Shown here piece after piece: positions 29,418-40,115 of a DNA stretch of 64,000 bases. Position 1 is the stretch's first letter. The number at the start of each line of letters is the position of its first letter. The notes under the pieces are model-generated. The model searched no databases and was not told where the DNA came from. It saw only the letters and a list, made by a program, of their open reading frames with translations. This DNA comes from a virus. The position numbers and the translations under genes are program-made. The stretch is from the IMG/VR virus record IMGVR_UViG_3300027902_000008, positions 28,941-92,940 of that record. One strand, given 5' to 3'.

Positions 29418-30711
29418 ACTTGAAGCAAAGAATTACCAATCTCCAAGGGCATCTTATGAGTATATGGACTGTGCTTTGCCATTGACCTTTGACCAATACT
29501 CCATCTGCTCATATAATTGTCTTTACTGCTTTGCCTTTTATCAGAGGGCTATGAATGCTCAAAGTGCAGAAGACTTCTGGAAAAGGAAAGTTTATGCCGT
29601 AGATGTTGAGTGGTTAAAGTCAATTTTCAAAGGTGAAGAAACAGATAAGGGATATCCCAAAAAGATAAAGGCAATGATAGACCAAGGCATTCCTCTTCAT
29701 TGGGGTGGCTTATCAGACCCAGCTGATGAATATGAAAAGAAATTTAAAGTAGGCTATGAGTTAATAAAATTCCTCAAAGAAATAAATTATCCCACCTTAT
29801 TCTCCATAAAAGGAGATGCTTTCCTGCTACCTGAATACCAAGAGATTTTTAAGGGTAGCAAAAACTTCAAATTCCAATTAAGCATCATTTCAGCAGATGA
29901 CAAGTTAGCACCCAAGATAGAACAGGGCGTTCCTATACCTACCAGAAGGCTGGAAGTGATGAAGTCCTTGAATGATTTGGGATGCGAGGTGATACTACGC
30001 CTGAGACCTTTCATTATAGGCTTCTCTGATAAGACAGTAGAAGAGTTAATGGTAAAGTCAAAAGAAGCAGGTGCTTCCGCAGTAAGCCTTGAGTTCTTCT
30101 GTTTGGAAAGTCGTGCTGCTGGATACTTAAAAAAGCGTTATGAACAGATGAATGAAGTCTTGGGATTTAACGTATATGACTATTACAAGTATCTAAGCAG
30201 GGGTAGTATGGGAGGATATAGAAGGCTTAACCCATATACCAAAGCAACCCACGTTGAGAAAGTGTATAAGTTAGCAAGAAAGTTAGGTATGAGGTTTGCC
30301 TGTAGCGATGCCCACTTTAAAGAACTTAATGATACGGGTTGTTGTTGTGGACTTGATAACTCTTGGAACTGGACAAGAGGTCAATTTACCAATGCCCTGA
30401 TAATAGCGAGGAAGTGCGGTCAGGTCTGTTGGAAGGATATAGAGAAAGATACTGAATGGGAAAGGTTATGGAGATTCTCTGAGGTAAGGAACTGCGGAGA
30501 CTGGAAAAGATACAGAAGGCATAAGTTATGGGATTGCCGAATAGCCAAGAAGAATATCTGGAATGACCCTAATGATATAAACTCTCCCTATAGATATTTT
30601 GAAGGCAGGATGTTGCCTGATAAGTTAGATGAGGATGGAAATGTAATATACAAATATTCAAAGTTTAGTTTAGAAGACCAAATAACCGATGAAAATAGCA
30701 TTACCAAGTAG
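29410..30711 (+). CDS. Radical SAM enzyme (spore-photoproduct-lyase-like), modification cluster
   Basis: CSYNCLYC; HWGGLSDP; IE.G.P....RL; RLRPFI; CCCG. Confidence 0.8.
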   Translation: MPELEAKNYQSPRASYEYMDCALPLTFDQYSICSYNCLYCFAFYQRAMNAQSAEDFWKRKVYAVDVEWLKSIFKGEETDKGYPKKIKAMIDQGIPLHWGGLSDPADEYEKKFKVGYELIKFLKEINYPTLFSIKGDAFLLPEYQEIFKGSKNFKFQLSIISADDKLAPKIEQGVPIPTRRLEVMKSLNDLGCEVILRLRPFIIGFSDKTVEELMVKSKEAGASAVSLEFFCLESRAAGYLKKRYEQMNEVLGFNVYDYYKYLSRGSMGGYRRLNPYTKATHVEKVYKLARKLGMRFACSDAHFKELNDTGCCCGLDNSWNWTRGQFTNALIIARKCGQVCWKDIEKDTEWERLWRFSEVRNCGDWKRYRRHKLWDCRIAKKNIWNDPNDINSPYRYFEGRMLPDKLDEDGNVIYKYSKFSLEDQITDENSITK

Positions 30712-31522
30712 AGGTAGAGTTAATTTTCCTGCTACATCATTTCTGCAAAGCGTAGCACAAGATGTCTATGTCTTTGTAGACCCGCCAGATACCCTCGCAT
30801 ATTCCCAAGCTAAGTTAAGTTTCAACATAGTAGATGTCCACGAAGTGAAAGGTCTTTATTATGTGATGAACTACATCCTCAATTTTATGCAATACACTTG
30901 TGATAAAGTTATGATTATAGATGATGATGTTCAGGGTATATACGTAAGACAAGGATTAACTAAAGGAGGATATCCAAAACTTGTAAAATTAAACGACCTT
31001 CAACCAATGTTTTGCGATGTGGAAAAGATAATGAATGATTTTGATTTGGCTATCTTACACCTACATCAAAACCATTATAACTGGATGAACTTAGAGCTTG
31101 AGTTAGGTAAGGTAGGAGGATACCACGTAACCTTTGTTGATAATAAGAAAATAGCCAAAATAAGATATGATGAAAGTCTCAAACTAAGAAGTGATACAGA
31201 CTTCTATATCCAGATGTGTAAGGCTGGATTAAGAATGGCTACTTATTATAAATATGCCTATGTGTCTGATTCTCTTAAAGTAGATAAGCAAGGTGGATGT
31301 TTGGCTGATAAAGATACCATAGAGAAGACTAAAGATTATTCCCAAGCAGTAGTTGACAAATGGAAAAACCCTTATATTAGAATAAAGCAGGATAAGCATA
31401 CAGGAAGATGGGGAGTAATTGTAAATTGGAGAAAGCTGTATCCTGAACCTTTTTGGGAAAGGTATGGAGAATATGCGTGTAGTAATACCAAGCAAAGCAA
31501 GACCAAAATTTCCTTCATCTAA
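30689..31522 (+). CDS. GREB1/TET-associated-type GT-A glycosyltransferase 1
   Basis: IALPSRGR; MIIDDD; RYDE.L..RSD.DF..Q; GGC. Confidence 0.7.
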   Translation: MKIALPSRGRVNFPATSFLQSVAQDVYVFVDPPDTLAYSQAKLSFNIVDVHEVKGLYYVMNYILNFMQYTCDKVMIIDDDVQGIYVRQGLTKGGYPKLVKLNDLQPMFCDVEKIMNDFDLAILHLHQNHYNWMNLELELGKVGGYHVTFVDNKKIAKIRYDESLKLRSDTDFYIQMCKAGLRMATYYKYAYVSDSLKVDKQGGCLADKDTIEKTKDYSQAVVDKWKNPYIRIKQDKHTGRWGVIVNWRKLYPEPFWERYGEYACSNTKQSKTKISFI

Positions 31523-32183
31523 AGTATTTCACAAGCCTATTGTGTTTGTTGAACCGCAGGATTGGAAAATATATGCGGAAAATAACAATGGTATTAATAT
31601 TGTTCAAATGAATGCTGATGATAAAGGAATATCATTCGCAAGAAATTATATACTTGACTTTATGAAAGACGAAATATTTTGTATGGCTGATGATGATATT
31701 ACTGCTATCTATAAAAAGGAAGGTAGTAAATTTATTAAGTTATTAGATTTATTAGATACTGAAGAATTTCTTAATGATATGGAAGGGATAATGATAAATT
31801 CCAAAATAGCAATGCTTGGATTACCTACCAAAGCATATAGCTGGTGTAAAGATAAGGTAATGGACTTTAATACTAAATTAATGAATCTGATATTTATAAA
31901 CGGAAAGTTATTATATCCGTTAAGATATGATGAAAACATTAAGCACGGAGAAGACGTGGATATGTTTATTCAGATAGTAAGAAGCGGAAGGACTAACGCA
32001 ATGTATAACTTATTTACTTATACAAATGCAAAGTCAGGCAAGTTGACAGGAGGTTGTCAGTTAATAAGAACAGACGGAGATATGATAAGAAGTCTGAGTT
32101 ATATGAACCTTAAATGGGGAGAAGGGACTGTTAAGGGCAAGATGAAAAATGGTATCTTGTGCCATACAGTAAAAATAAAATGA
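31464..32183 (+). CDS. GREB1/TET-associated-type GT-A glycosyltransferase 2
   Basis: VIPSKARP; FVEPQD...Y; GI..ARNYIL; MADDD; EDVDM.IQ; GGC. Confidence 0.75.
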   Translation: MENMRVVIPSKARPKFPSSKVFHKPIVFVEPQDWKIYAENNNGINIVQMNADDKGISFARNYILDFMKDEIFCMADDDITAIYKKEGSKFIKLLDLLDTEEFLNDMEGIMINSKIAMLGLPTKAYSWCKDKVMDFNTKLMNLIFINGKLLYPLRYDENIKHGEDVDMFIQIVRSGRTNAMYNLFTYTNAKSGKLTGGCQLIRTDGDMIRSLSYMNLKWGEGTVKGKMKNGILCHTVKIK

Positions 32184-33220
32184 AAATAGGAATATTGACA
32201 TTCCCAATAGGAAAAGTAGGCGGTATCATTACCAATGTGGTTAATTTTGAGAAAGGTTTGGTAAGGTTAGGACATCAAGTTGAGAAGTATTTTATTACGA
32301 CTAATCTTAGAAAGAAACCAGATAAAAATGATTTTGGTTGGGAGTGTCTTGGATATGAAAATGAGGCTTGGCATAAAGAATATCTTGAGAAAGTCAATAT
32401 CCTTGATTTAATCATTTGGGCGGTATGTTGTCCACATTTAACAAAATCTTATATCAAAGATACTTGGAAGAAATGTTATAACATAAAACCGAAACAGATG
32501 GCTTATATTCACGATAACTATTATGAAAAATATTATCCTTGGTTTATAGACATACCATTAAAATATCAGGTTAATTTGATATGTCCTTATCAATATATGT
32601 ATGATGGTATAAAGAACCTTACTGCAATGAAGGCAATCATAGATAATCCATTAGAACTTAATGAAGTAGGCTTATATACTGAGAATAAAAAAGACACAAT
32701 TGTTGACCATAATAACTGGAAAAGTATTAAGCATAAAGAGATAGTTGTTAAATATGCTGATAAAATAAACGGCAGGATAATAATGTATGGAGACCACGCT
32801 ACCAGAGAATACAGGGAAGCCGTAGCAATGCCCAACTTCAAACTAATAGAAGATAAAGGATGGGCTACCAGAGAAGCAATATATGAAGACCTTAAAAGAG
32901 CAAAGATTGTTACAGATATGTGCAAGCGTGGTAATGTTGACAGTATCTATGACTATACCATAACAGAAGCAATAGCATATGGTTGCATACCAGTTTTACA
33001 GACCAAAATATGCCCAAGGCATAAAGGTTTATTTGTAGTATATGGCGAAGGAGAAAAGTTACCCAGCGTGATAAATAACTTAATGAAGAGTTTTAATCTC
33101 TTTGATGATTTAAGGGCTAATAACCTAAAGTTTCTTGATACAATAAAGCCAGAAAAAATAGCGAAAAAGATTTTAGATTATAGCCAAATGATATATAAGA
33201 TAGGAGAAGTATATGTCTAA
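32180..33220 (+). CDS. GT-B fold glycosyltransferase
   Basis: MKIGI....GGI......L..LGH.V; K..KHKE; YT..EAI.YGC.PV. Confidence 0.7.
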   Translation: MKIGILTFPIGKVGGIITNVVNFEKGLVRLGHQVEKYFITTNLRKKPDKNDFGWECLGYENEAWHKEYLEKVNILDLIIWAVCCPHLTKSYIKDTWKKCYNIKPKQMAYIHDNYYEKYYPWFIDIPLKYQVNLICPYQYMYDGIKNLTAMKAIIDNPLELNEVGLYTENKKDTIVDHNNWKSIKHKEIVVKYADKINGRIIMYGDHATREYREAVAMPNFKLIEDKGWATREAIYEDLKRAKIVTDMCKRGNVDSIYDYTITEAIAYGCIPVLQTKICPRHKGLFVVYGEGEKLPSVINNLMKSFNLFDDLRANNLKFLDTIKPEKIAKKILDYSQMIYKIGEVYV

Positions 33221-34217
33221 AGTTGCTTTAATAACAGGTATCACTGGACAGGATGGCTCATATTTGGCTGAATTGTTGATGGAAAAAGGCTATGATATTC
33301 ACGGAGTAATTAGAAGGGCAAGCACATTTAACACTAAGAGAATAGAACACATTATAGATTCAGAAGATAAAAGATACTTGCATTATGGAGATTTGGCGGA
33401 CGGCTTTGATTCTTTGCTTTATGAACTACAGCCTGATGAAGTGTATAACATAGCCAGTATGAGCCACGTAAGGATATCCTTTGATATACCTGTTTATACA
33501 GGAGAAATAACTGGGATAGGAGTAACCAGAATCTTAGAAGGTATTAAAAGGGTAGGTTTAATTAAGAAGACCAAGTTTTATCAGGCATCCTCAAGTGAGA
33601 TGTTTGGTATATCTCCGCCTCCTCAAAATGAGAATACACCATTTCAACCTGTAAGTCCTTATGGTTGTGCCAAGCTATATGGCTATTGGATAACTAAAGT
33701 ATATCGGACAGGGTATGGTATGTTTGCTTCCAATGGTATCTTGTTTAATCACGAAAGCCCACGCAGAGGAGAGAACTTTGTAACCAGAAAGATAACCAGA
33801 GCAGCTGTAAGAATTAAATTAGGGGTTCAAGACAAAATCTATCTTGGCAACCTTGATGCTTTGAGAGACTGGGGATATGCCAAAGACTATATGGAAGCTA
33901 TCTGGATGATTCTGCAACAGGAAAAGCCAGATGACTTTGTAATTTCAACAGGAGAGAACCATACAGTCAAAGAGTTTGTTGAGGAAGTGTTTGGTTATCT
34001 GCACTTAGACCCTTGGAAGTATATAGAAATAAAGGACAGGTTTAGAAGACCTAATGAAGTTCCTGCCCTATGCGGAGACTCTGCTAAAGCAAGGAAGATA
34101 TTAGGGTGGGAACCGAAGGTGAAGTTTAAGGAGTTGGTAAAGATGATGGTTGACGCTGATTATAAAGAAGCCATCACAGAACTATGGGGGAGTAAAACTC
34201 AAAATGAAACTAACTAA
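33213..34217 (+). CDS. gmd: GDP-mannose 4,6-dehydratase
   Basis: [16 protein letters not shown]; QASSSEMFG; SPYGCAK; [16 protein letters not shown]; RDWGYA. Confidence 0.96.
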   Translation: MSKVALITGITGQDGSYLAELLMEKGYDIHGVIRRASTFNTKRIEHIIDSEDKRYLHYGDLADGFDSLLYELQPDEVYNIASMSHVRISFDIPVYTGEITGIGVTRILEGIKRVGLIKKTKFYQASSSEMFGISPPPQNENTPFQPVSPYGCAKLYGYWITKVYRTGYGMFASNGILFNHESPRRGENFVTRKITRAAVRIKLGVQDKIYLGNLDALRDWGYAKDYMEAIWMILQQEKPDDFVISTGENHTVKEFVEEVFGYLHLDPWKYIEIKDRFRRPNEVPALCGDSAKARKILGWEPKVKFKELVKMMVDADYKEAITELWGSKTQNETN

Positions 34218-34584
34218 AGTCCACGAAGATTCAAGAGGAGTAACCTATTCATTAGAAGGCGATTTGGAAGCCATAATGAATTATCCAGAAGTTGCCATAT
34301 TCAAAACAAGAGCAGGAAAAGCAAGAGGCGGTTGTATTCATCATATTAATAGAGAGTTTGTCTGCGTATTGGAAGGTGAGATTGGATATGTCTTTGGAGA
34401 AGACAAGACAAGGAAGTTAATGTCTGCGGGTGATTCTTTTTGCATACCTAAATCAACGCCTCACTACTTTTATTCTATTACAGACTCTATTGTAATGGAA
34501 TGGGGTGCTACTCTTGCTGAGAAAAAGGTTAAGCATCCTGCGTTTAGGCAGGTAGTTGACAAGATAAACGAAGGAGAGTTATGA
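34204..34584 (+). CDS. Cupin, nucleotide-sugar isomerase/epimerase-like
   Basis: HEDSRG; RGG..H....E...VL.G; IP..TPH. Confidence 0.65.
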   Translation: MKLTKVHEDSRGVTYSLEGDLEAIMNYPEVAIFKTRAGKARGGCIHHINREFVCVLEGEIGYVFGEDKTRKLMSAGDSFCIPKSTPHYFYSITDSIVMEWGATLAEKKVKHPAFRQVVDKINEGEL

Positions 34585-35672
34585 TAAAGCAATATGAGCC
34601 TTACTTTGGCAAGGAAGAAGCAGATGCTTTGACAGAGTATATGAAGTCAGGCGGTTGGATTACAGAGTTTAAGAAAACCGCTGATTTTGAAAATAAGATA
34701 AAAGACTTCTTAAAGGTAAAATATTGTTCGGTAGTTAATAACGGAACTATCAGTTTGACATTGGCACTTTTGGCAGTAGGCGTTAAGGCTGGCAATGAGG
34801 TGATAGTTCCCAATCTGACTATGATAGCCACTCCAAACGCAGTAAGGTTGATGGGTGCAAAGCCCATATTTGTAGATGTTTGCAAAGAAAATCTCTGTAT
34901 GGATTTAGAACAAGCTATCACAAAGTTCAACAAAAAGACAAAGGCAGTTATATATGTGTCTCTAAACGGCAGGTCTCACGAAGCAGAATTAGATGTCTTT
35001 AAGAAGAAGTGTGCTGATTACAAGATAGCCTTTATAGAAGATTCTGCACAATCATTTGCCTCTAAGAACTATGATGGTTCTTTTTGCGGGACTACTGCTG
35101 ATATAGGTTCATTCTCATTCAGCATACCAAAGATAATCTCAACAGGGCAAGGCGGTTGCTTAGTTACCAATAACGAAGCATACGGAGAGAAGATAAGGAA
35201 ACTCAAAGACTTCGGCAGGGAAAGTGGTGGCATAGATATTCACGATGAGTTTGGTATTAACTGCAAATTCACTGACTTACAGGCTGTGGTAGGTATAGTT
35301 CAGATATCTTATCTGCAAAGCAGAATAAACAAAAAGAAAGAAATATACAGGTCTTATCAAGATAAATTAAAGTCAGTAAAAGCCATAGAGTTCATAGACA
35401 CTGACCTTAACTATGTTACGCCTTGGTTTATAGACATTTATACCAGCAACAAACAAGAATTAAAAGAAAGTCTATCATTGAAGGGTATTGGAACAAGAGA
35501 TGTTTACCCACCTATAAGCAAACAGAAAGTATACAATTTAAAAGATTCATTCCCTATAACAGAAAGGTATTCAAGCAGGGGGTTATGGCTTCCTTCATCG
35601 TTTAGTTTGACAGAGAAAGATATAGAGTATATATGCTGTTCAATAAAGGAGATATACAATGTTAAAGATTGA
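34581..35672 (+). CDS. DegT/DnrJ/EryC1/StrS PLP aminotransferase (perosamine-synthase-like)
   Basis: NGT..L.LAL; VIVP.LT.IAT.NA; IEDSAQS; SFSFS..K..STGQGG; LPSS. Confidence 0.92.
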   Translation: MIKQYEPYFGKEEADALTEYMKSGGWITEFKKTADFENKIKDFLKVKYCSVVNNGTISLTLALLAVGVKAGNEVIVPNLTMIATPNAVRLMGAKPIFVDVCKENLCMDLEQAITKFNKKTKAVIYVSLNGRSHEAELDVFKKKCADYKIAFIEDSAQSFASKNYDGSFCGTTADIGSFSFSIPKIISTGQGGCLVTNNEAYGEKIRKLKDFGRESGGIDIHDEFGINCKFTDLQAVVGIVQISYLQSRINKKKEIYRSYQDKLKSVKAIEFIDTDLNYVTPWFIDIYTSNKQELKESLSLKGIGTRDVYPPISKQKVYNLKDSFPITERYSSRGLWLPSSFSLTEKDIEYICCSIKEIYNVKD

Positions 35673-36408
35673 GTTCAAGAAATCGGCAAGTATTTACGAT
35701 ATGGTATATGCAAAAAGGAATTACAAAGAAGAAGTTAATTATCTTGATGTTATAATAAAAAAGTATGGCATTAAAAGAAAACTATTAGATATAGCCTGCG
35801 GAACTGGTAAACACATATCGCTATTCTGCAAGAAAGGATATTCTGTTAAAGGTGTTGATATATCTCCAGATATGATAAAAGTTGCAAAGAAAAACTATCC
35901 TAATATAAGGTTTATCTGTTGCCCTATTGAAGAATTAAACAGAGAGATTAAGGGATGGTATGAAGTTATAACCTGCTTATTCAATGCTTTAGGCTATATT
36001 ACTCCAAATGAAGTTTTATCAATAGTGTTAAATCAGGCGTATCTTACCTTAGATGAAAAAGGTTTGTTTATATTTGATTTCAGAAATGGGATACCATACC
36101 TAAAAGAGCATAGTCCTATTACATACAATGAGAATATAATAGGGAAATATAAAGCTTCAAAACTTTCCTTTCATAAAATAGATGAACTAAAAGATTTGAC
36201 TACATCTGATAATATATTCTGTGTGAAAAAAGGTAGTAAGATAGTAAAGGAAATTAGAGAAATACACAACATTAGACATTTCTTTCCTTTAGATTTAGAA
36301 TATATGCTTTACAAGGCTGGTTTTAAAAAGGTAATAATGTTTCCTTGGCTAAAATTTACCCCATTACAATCAAATGACTTTCAGGTAACTTGCATAGCAA
36401 TCAAATGA
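35659..36408 (+). CDS. Class I SAM methyltransferase (sugar N-methyltransferase-like)
   Basis: YD..Y...Y..E; LDIACGTG.H; GVDIS..M; CLF...GY. Confidence 0.85.
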   Translation: MLKIEFKKSASIYDMVYAKRNYKEEVNYLDVIIKKYGIKRKLLDIACGTGKHISLFCKKGYSVKGVDISPDMIKVAKKNYPNIRFICCPIEELNREIKGWYEVITCLFNALGYITPNEVLSIVLNQAYLTLDEKGLFIFDFRNGIPYLKEHSPITYNENIIGKYKASKLSFHKIDELKDLTTSDNIFCVKKGSKIVKEIREIHNIRHFFPLDLEYMLYKAGFKKVIMFPWLKFTPLQSNDFQVTCIAIK

Positions 36409-36680
36409 AAAAGGTAGTTAAGAGGTGGGGATACTATAAAGTTCTGGCTAAAGGTAAAGGATATAAAGTTAAGTTGTTATATCTCAAGCCTTTAGGGAAA
36501 ACGAGCCTGCAAAGACACAGATATAGGAGTGAAATATGGGTATTCTTAGACAGTGAAGAGGTAAAGATAACAGATAGATTCCAATGGCATCAATTAAACA
36601 ACCTAAGAACCAAGGGGCTAAAGTTAATAGAAGTCCAATTAGGTATATGTAAAGAGAGAGACATAGAACGGAGGAAATAG
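36405..36680 (+). CDS. Mannose-6-phosphate isomerase type II-like cupin (short)
   Basis: WGYY.VL..G.GYKVK.L...P...SLQRH..RSE.W; H.L.N; IEVQ.G...E.DIER. Confidence 0.8.
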   Translation: MKKVVKRWGYYKVLAKGKGYKVKLLYLKPLGKTSLQRHRYRSEIWVFLDSEEVKITDRFQWHQLNNLRTKGLKLIEVQLGICKERDIERRK

Positions 36681-37439
36681 ATGGGAGAAGAGGATAATAA
36701 ATCAAAAAATGAAGTTGTTGTGCCACAAGAGGTTAGCAAAGAGCAAGGGCAAATAACAAATCCAAGAGGTGCTGGAAGGAAATCTGTAGAGGAGAATCCA
36801 TTATTACAGAGAGAGTATCATCAGATGTATTATCTCAGGGCTGTAATGAGATGGTCTGTAGATAAGGTAGCAAATGCTTTTGATAAAAGTCCTGCAACAG
36901 TTAAGATAGCCTGTAAATATGCAAGGTCTCAAATGGAAAACTTGGATACTTCTGATGCTATTAAAGATGTGGAAGCAATATGTGATGCTGAAATAACTAA
37001 ATGTGATAAAGAAGTTACCCTATTGGAAAAGCAAGGAAACATAATCATTTTCCCAAATAGCAACATCTCAGTAAAAATAGCAGAAAAAGACGCAGATGGT
37101 AAGGATATATTAGTAGATAAGATTGCCAGCGTGCCCGTGATGGAGAAAGATACAGATGGTAATGATGTAGTCGCAAGGAGAACTGATAAGAACCAGATTA
37201 ATATAGTAAAGAGAAGAAAGATGGATTATCAAAGGATGTTGTTTGATGCCAAAGGTTTCAGTGTTAAAAACCAGATTTTTCTTTCCAAGAATACCTTTGT
37301 AGGTAACAATGGTAATGTTAACTCTGATAATAATGGTAAACTGCCGTTGATAATAGATATAATGACAGAAGAAGATAGGAAGACATTCTTAGGACTTTTG
37401 GAGAAATATGGAAGAATCCCTCTTATTACCTCTGATTGA
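36681..37439 (+). CDS. Probable terminase small subunit
   Basis: HTH-like N-terminal part; directly upstream of and overlapping TerL. Confidence 0.5.
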   Translation: MGEEDNKSKNEVVVPQEVSKEQGQITNPRGAGRKSVEENPLLQREYHQMYYLRAVMRWSVDKVANAFDKSPATVKIACKYARSQMENLDTSDAIKDVEAICDAEITKCDKEVTLLEKQGNIIIFPNSNISVKIAEKDADGKDILVDKIASVPVMEKDTDGNDVVARRTDKNQINIVKRRKMDYQRMLFDAKGFSVKNQIFLSKNTFVGNNGNVNSDNNGKLPLIIDIMTEEDRKTFLGLLEKYGRIPLITSD

Positions 37440-39072
37440 AGAGGCTGATTACTATAACTCTTGGAATCTTGCTTGGATTAAGCAACATCCGCAGTATGAA
37501 GAAAGACCAGTTGATGTGGTTACTTTCATAGAACATCCATACTATATGGATGCCAAAGATGAGTGTTGGGATTCTGTCAAGTCGGACTTGAAAGACCTGT
37601 TTATTAACTATGATGACCCATTTATGAATTGGTTTTACAATGAAGCAGTATTTGATGAAGGTATAGGCGGTGGAAAGTCTTACAAGTCTTCTGTCATAAT
37701 TACCTATCTTGCTTACCGCACTTTAATCTTAAAAGACCCACATAAGTTTTTGCACTTGGCTCGTGGTTCAGGTATTTACTTTATGAATATGTCAATACGA
37801 GGCGACCAAGCACGCAAAGTTGTATTTGGAGAGATTAACCAAAGAATACAACATTCTCCTTGGTTTAGAAAAAAGGAATACCTGCCTAATCCCAATGTCA
37901 AGTCAGAGTTACAGTTACCAAAGAGTATCAACATAGTCCCTGGAAATAGCAAGGAGACCTTTCCTTTGGGTTTTAATCTGCTTGGTGCGGTGATGGATGA
38001 GGCAGCTTGGTATACAGAAACTGAAACCCACGATGTGGCTGAAGAGATGTATAATGCTTTACACAATAGGATTAAGAATAGGTTTGGATACAGGGGTATG
38101 CTGGTAATGATTTCCTCTCCTCGCTATGTAGATGACTTCACAGAAAAGAAGATGGCAGAAGCACAGAAGCCAAACTCAAGGATATTTTCAAGAAGAAGGA
38201 CATCTTGGGAAGCCCAACCTAAAGATAGGTTCTGCGGTAAGACATTCGCATTTGGCGGATTTGATATACCAATAGAGTATGAGAAAGAAGTAAATAGGAA
38301 CTTTGAAAGGTTCAAAAGGGATATAATGGCTATCCCTTCTCTTGCTCTTGAGCCATACTTCAGACAGTGGGAGATGGTAGAAGCAGGGGTTGATAGCACA
38401 ATACCATACCCATTGGTAAATGATATAGTAATATCAACTTCATTTAAAGGCAATCCTACGCTTAATTACTTTATGCACATAGACCTCTCCTTGACCACTG
38501 ATGCCACTGGTATAGCAATGTGCCATATGGAAGATGGAATTATAAAAATAGATTTGATGATGCGAATTAAGGCACCTAAAGGACGTGAGATAGACTTGGC
38601 AGCCATTAGGGGAATAGTGATAGGGCTTAGGGCAAAAGGTTTCAGCATTAATAAAGTTACGTATGACCAGTTCCAATCAGCCAGTAGTATTCAAGAATTG
38701 AACAAGATGGGTCTCAATGCAGAAAGGTTATCCGTAGATAAGGACTTGGCTTGTTATGAAACATTAAAAGAAGGCATATACTCAAGCAGGATTAAGTATT
38801 ACCTATATGAGCCATTTATGAATGAAATGCAAAGACTTGAGTTAGTTAATGGCAAGAAGGTTGACCATCCTACCAATGGCTCAAAGGATGTGGCAGATGC
38901 TGTAGCAGGAGCAGTGTATAACTGCGTTACCAATCAGAATAACTTCCAATTCTGGTTAGCAGGGCAGGGAAAGAAAGCCAAGACAGAAAAAGAAATAATA
39001 GAAGAATCTAAGATACTCACTGCTGATGGGCTTGTTCCCTATGGCTACTTTCGGGGTCGTCGTTCATATTGA
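37408..39072 (+). CDS. terL: Terminase large subunit
   Basis: Walker A GIGGGKS; Walker B VMDEAA; ISSP; nuclease HIDLS..D.TG, TYDQFQS, DHP..GSKDVADAVAG. Confidence 0.92.
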   Translation: MEESLLLPLIEEADYYNSWNLAWIKQHPQYEERPVDVVTFIEHPYYMDAKDECWDSVKSDLKDLFINYDDPFMNWFYNEAVFDEGIGGGKSYKSSVIITYLAYRTLILKDPHKFLHLARGSGIYFMNMSIRGDQARKVVFGEINQRIQHSPWFRKKEYLPNPNVKSELQLPKSINIVPGNSKETFPLGFNLLGAVMDEAAWYTETETHDVAEEMYNALHNRIKNRFGYRGMLVMISSPRYVDDFTEKKMAEAQKPNSRIFSRRRTSWEAQPKDRFCGKTFAFGGFDIPIEYEKEVNRNFERFKRDIMAIPSLALEPYFRQWEMVEAGVDSTIPYPLVNDIVISTSFKGNPTLNYFMHIDLSLTTDATGIAMCHMEDGIIKIDLMMRIKAPKGREIDLAAIRGIVIGLRAKGFSINKVTYDQFQSASSIQELNKMGLNAERLSVDKDLACYETLKEGIYSSRIKYYLYEPFMNEMQRLELVNGKKVDHPTNGSKDVADAVAGAVYNCVTNQNNFQFWLAGQGKKAKTEKEIIEESKILTADGLVPYGYFRGRRSY

Positions 39073-39653
39073 TGGATAAAGAAGAACAAACAAATAGTTG
39101 TATAGAAGAGATTGTAAACGAATGTAGAAGTCAACATAGGATTGACTTTAATGATATTTCATTATGCTTTGGAGTATCCAAGCCTGAGCCAACAAAGGAT
39201 AAGACATTATTCAAGAAGAAAGATTGCGTAAGGCTTTGTTTCGGACAACCAACAGGTCGTAAATTTTGGTTTAAGTGTGATGTCTGTGATGCAGAAAGAA
39301 TAGTCAGATATATGAATGCTTGTATAGAAAAGATAAGGAGGGTAGATGAGCCAAAAAACATTTGAAGAAACTGTTATCTGCCATAAGTGCTGTGAACCAA
39401 TTACAAGATGTCCTTGCTGTCAGAAGATGGTATGCGAATGCAAAGAAAACAAGCACACAAAGGGATGCATTATAAAAGTCAAGTTTGATGAGGAAAGATA
39501 CAATGAATGCCAATCTTAGTATTAACGTAGGTATAGGACTTTACTTCATTGACAAAGAGTTTAGAATCTTTCTTATTGATGATGTTGAAGAGTTAAAAGG
39601 CATTGTTGAGCAGTTGTGGGCAGAAAGCTTAGGGTTAACTTAAGGAGGATGGA

Positions 39654-40115
39654 ATGATAGAGATAAAGGCACCAAAGAGAATAGTCTGTTGTGAAGAAAG
39701 CGGTTATAAAATATTCCTTGCTGGTTCTATTGAAATGGGCAAGGCAGATAATTGGCAGAAAAGGATTGTAAGAGAGCTAAAAAAAGAGCCAGTTCTTATC
39801 TTAAACCCTCGCAGAGATGATTGGGATAGTTCTTGGGTTCAGAGCATTGATAATCCTCAGTTCAGAAAGCAAGTAGAGTGGGAGTTAAAGGCATTAGACA
39901 TTGCTGATATAATAGTCTTGTGTTTTGACCCTACTACTAAATCACCTATATCGCTATTAGAATTAGGTCTATATGCTAATTCAGGGAAACTCATTGTTCA
40001 TTGTCCTGAAGGATTCTGGAGAAAAGGCAATGTTGATATAGTTTGCCGTAAATACAAGATACCTATGATGGTAAGCGAGCAAGACTTAATACTAACTCTA
40101 AAACAAAGGATATAG
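39654..40115 (+). CDS. Nucleoside 2-deoxyribosyltransferase-like protein
   Basis: IFLAGSIEMG.A..WQ; NPRR..WD; QV.WE; SPISLLELG; FWRKGNV. Confidence 0.85.
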   Translation: MIEIKAPKRIVCCEESGYKIFLAGSIEMGKADNWQKRIVRELKKEPVLILNPRRDDWDSSWVQSIDNPQFRKQVEWELKALDIADIIVLCFDPTTKSPISLLELGLYANSGKLIVHCPEGFWRKGNVDIVCRKYKIPMMVSEQDLILTLKQRI

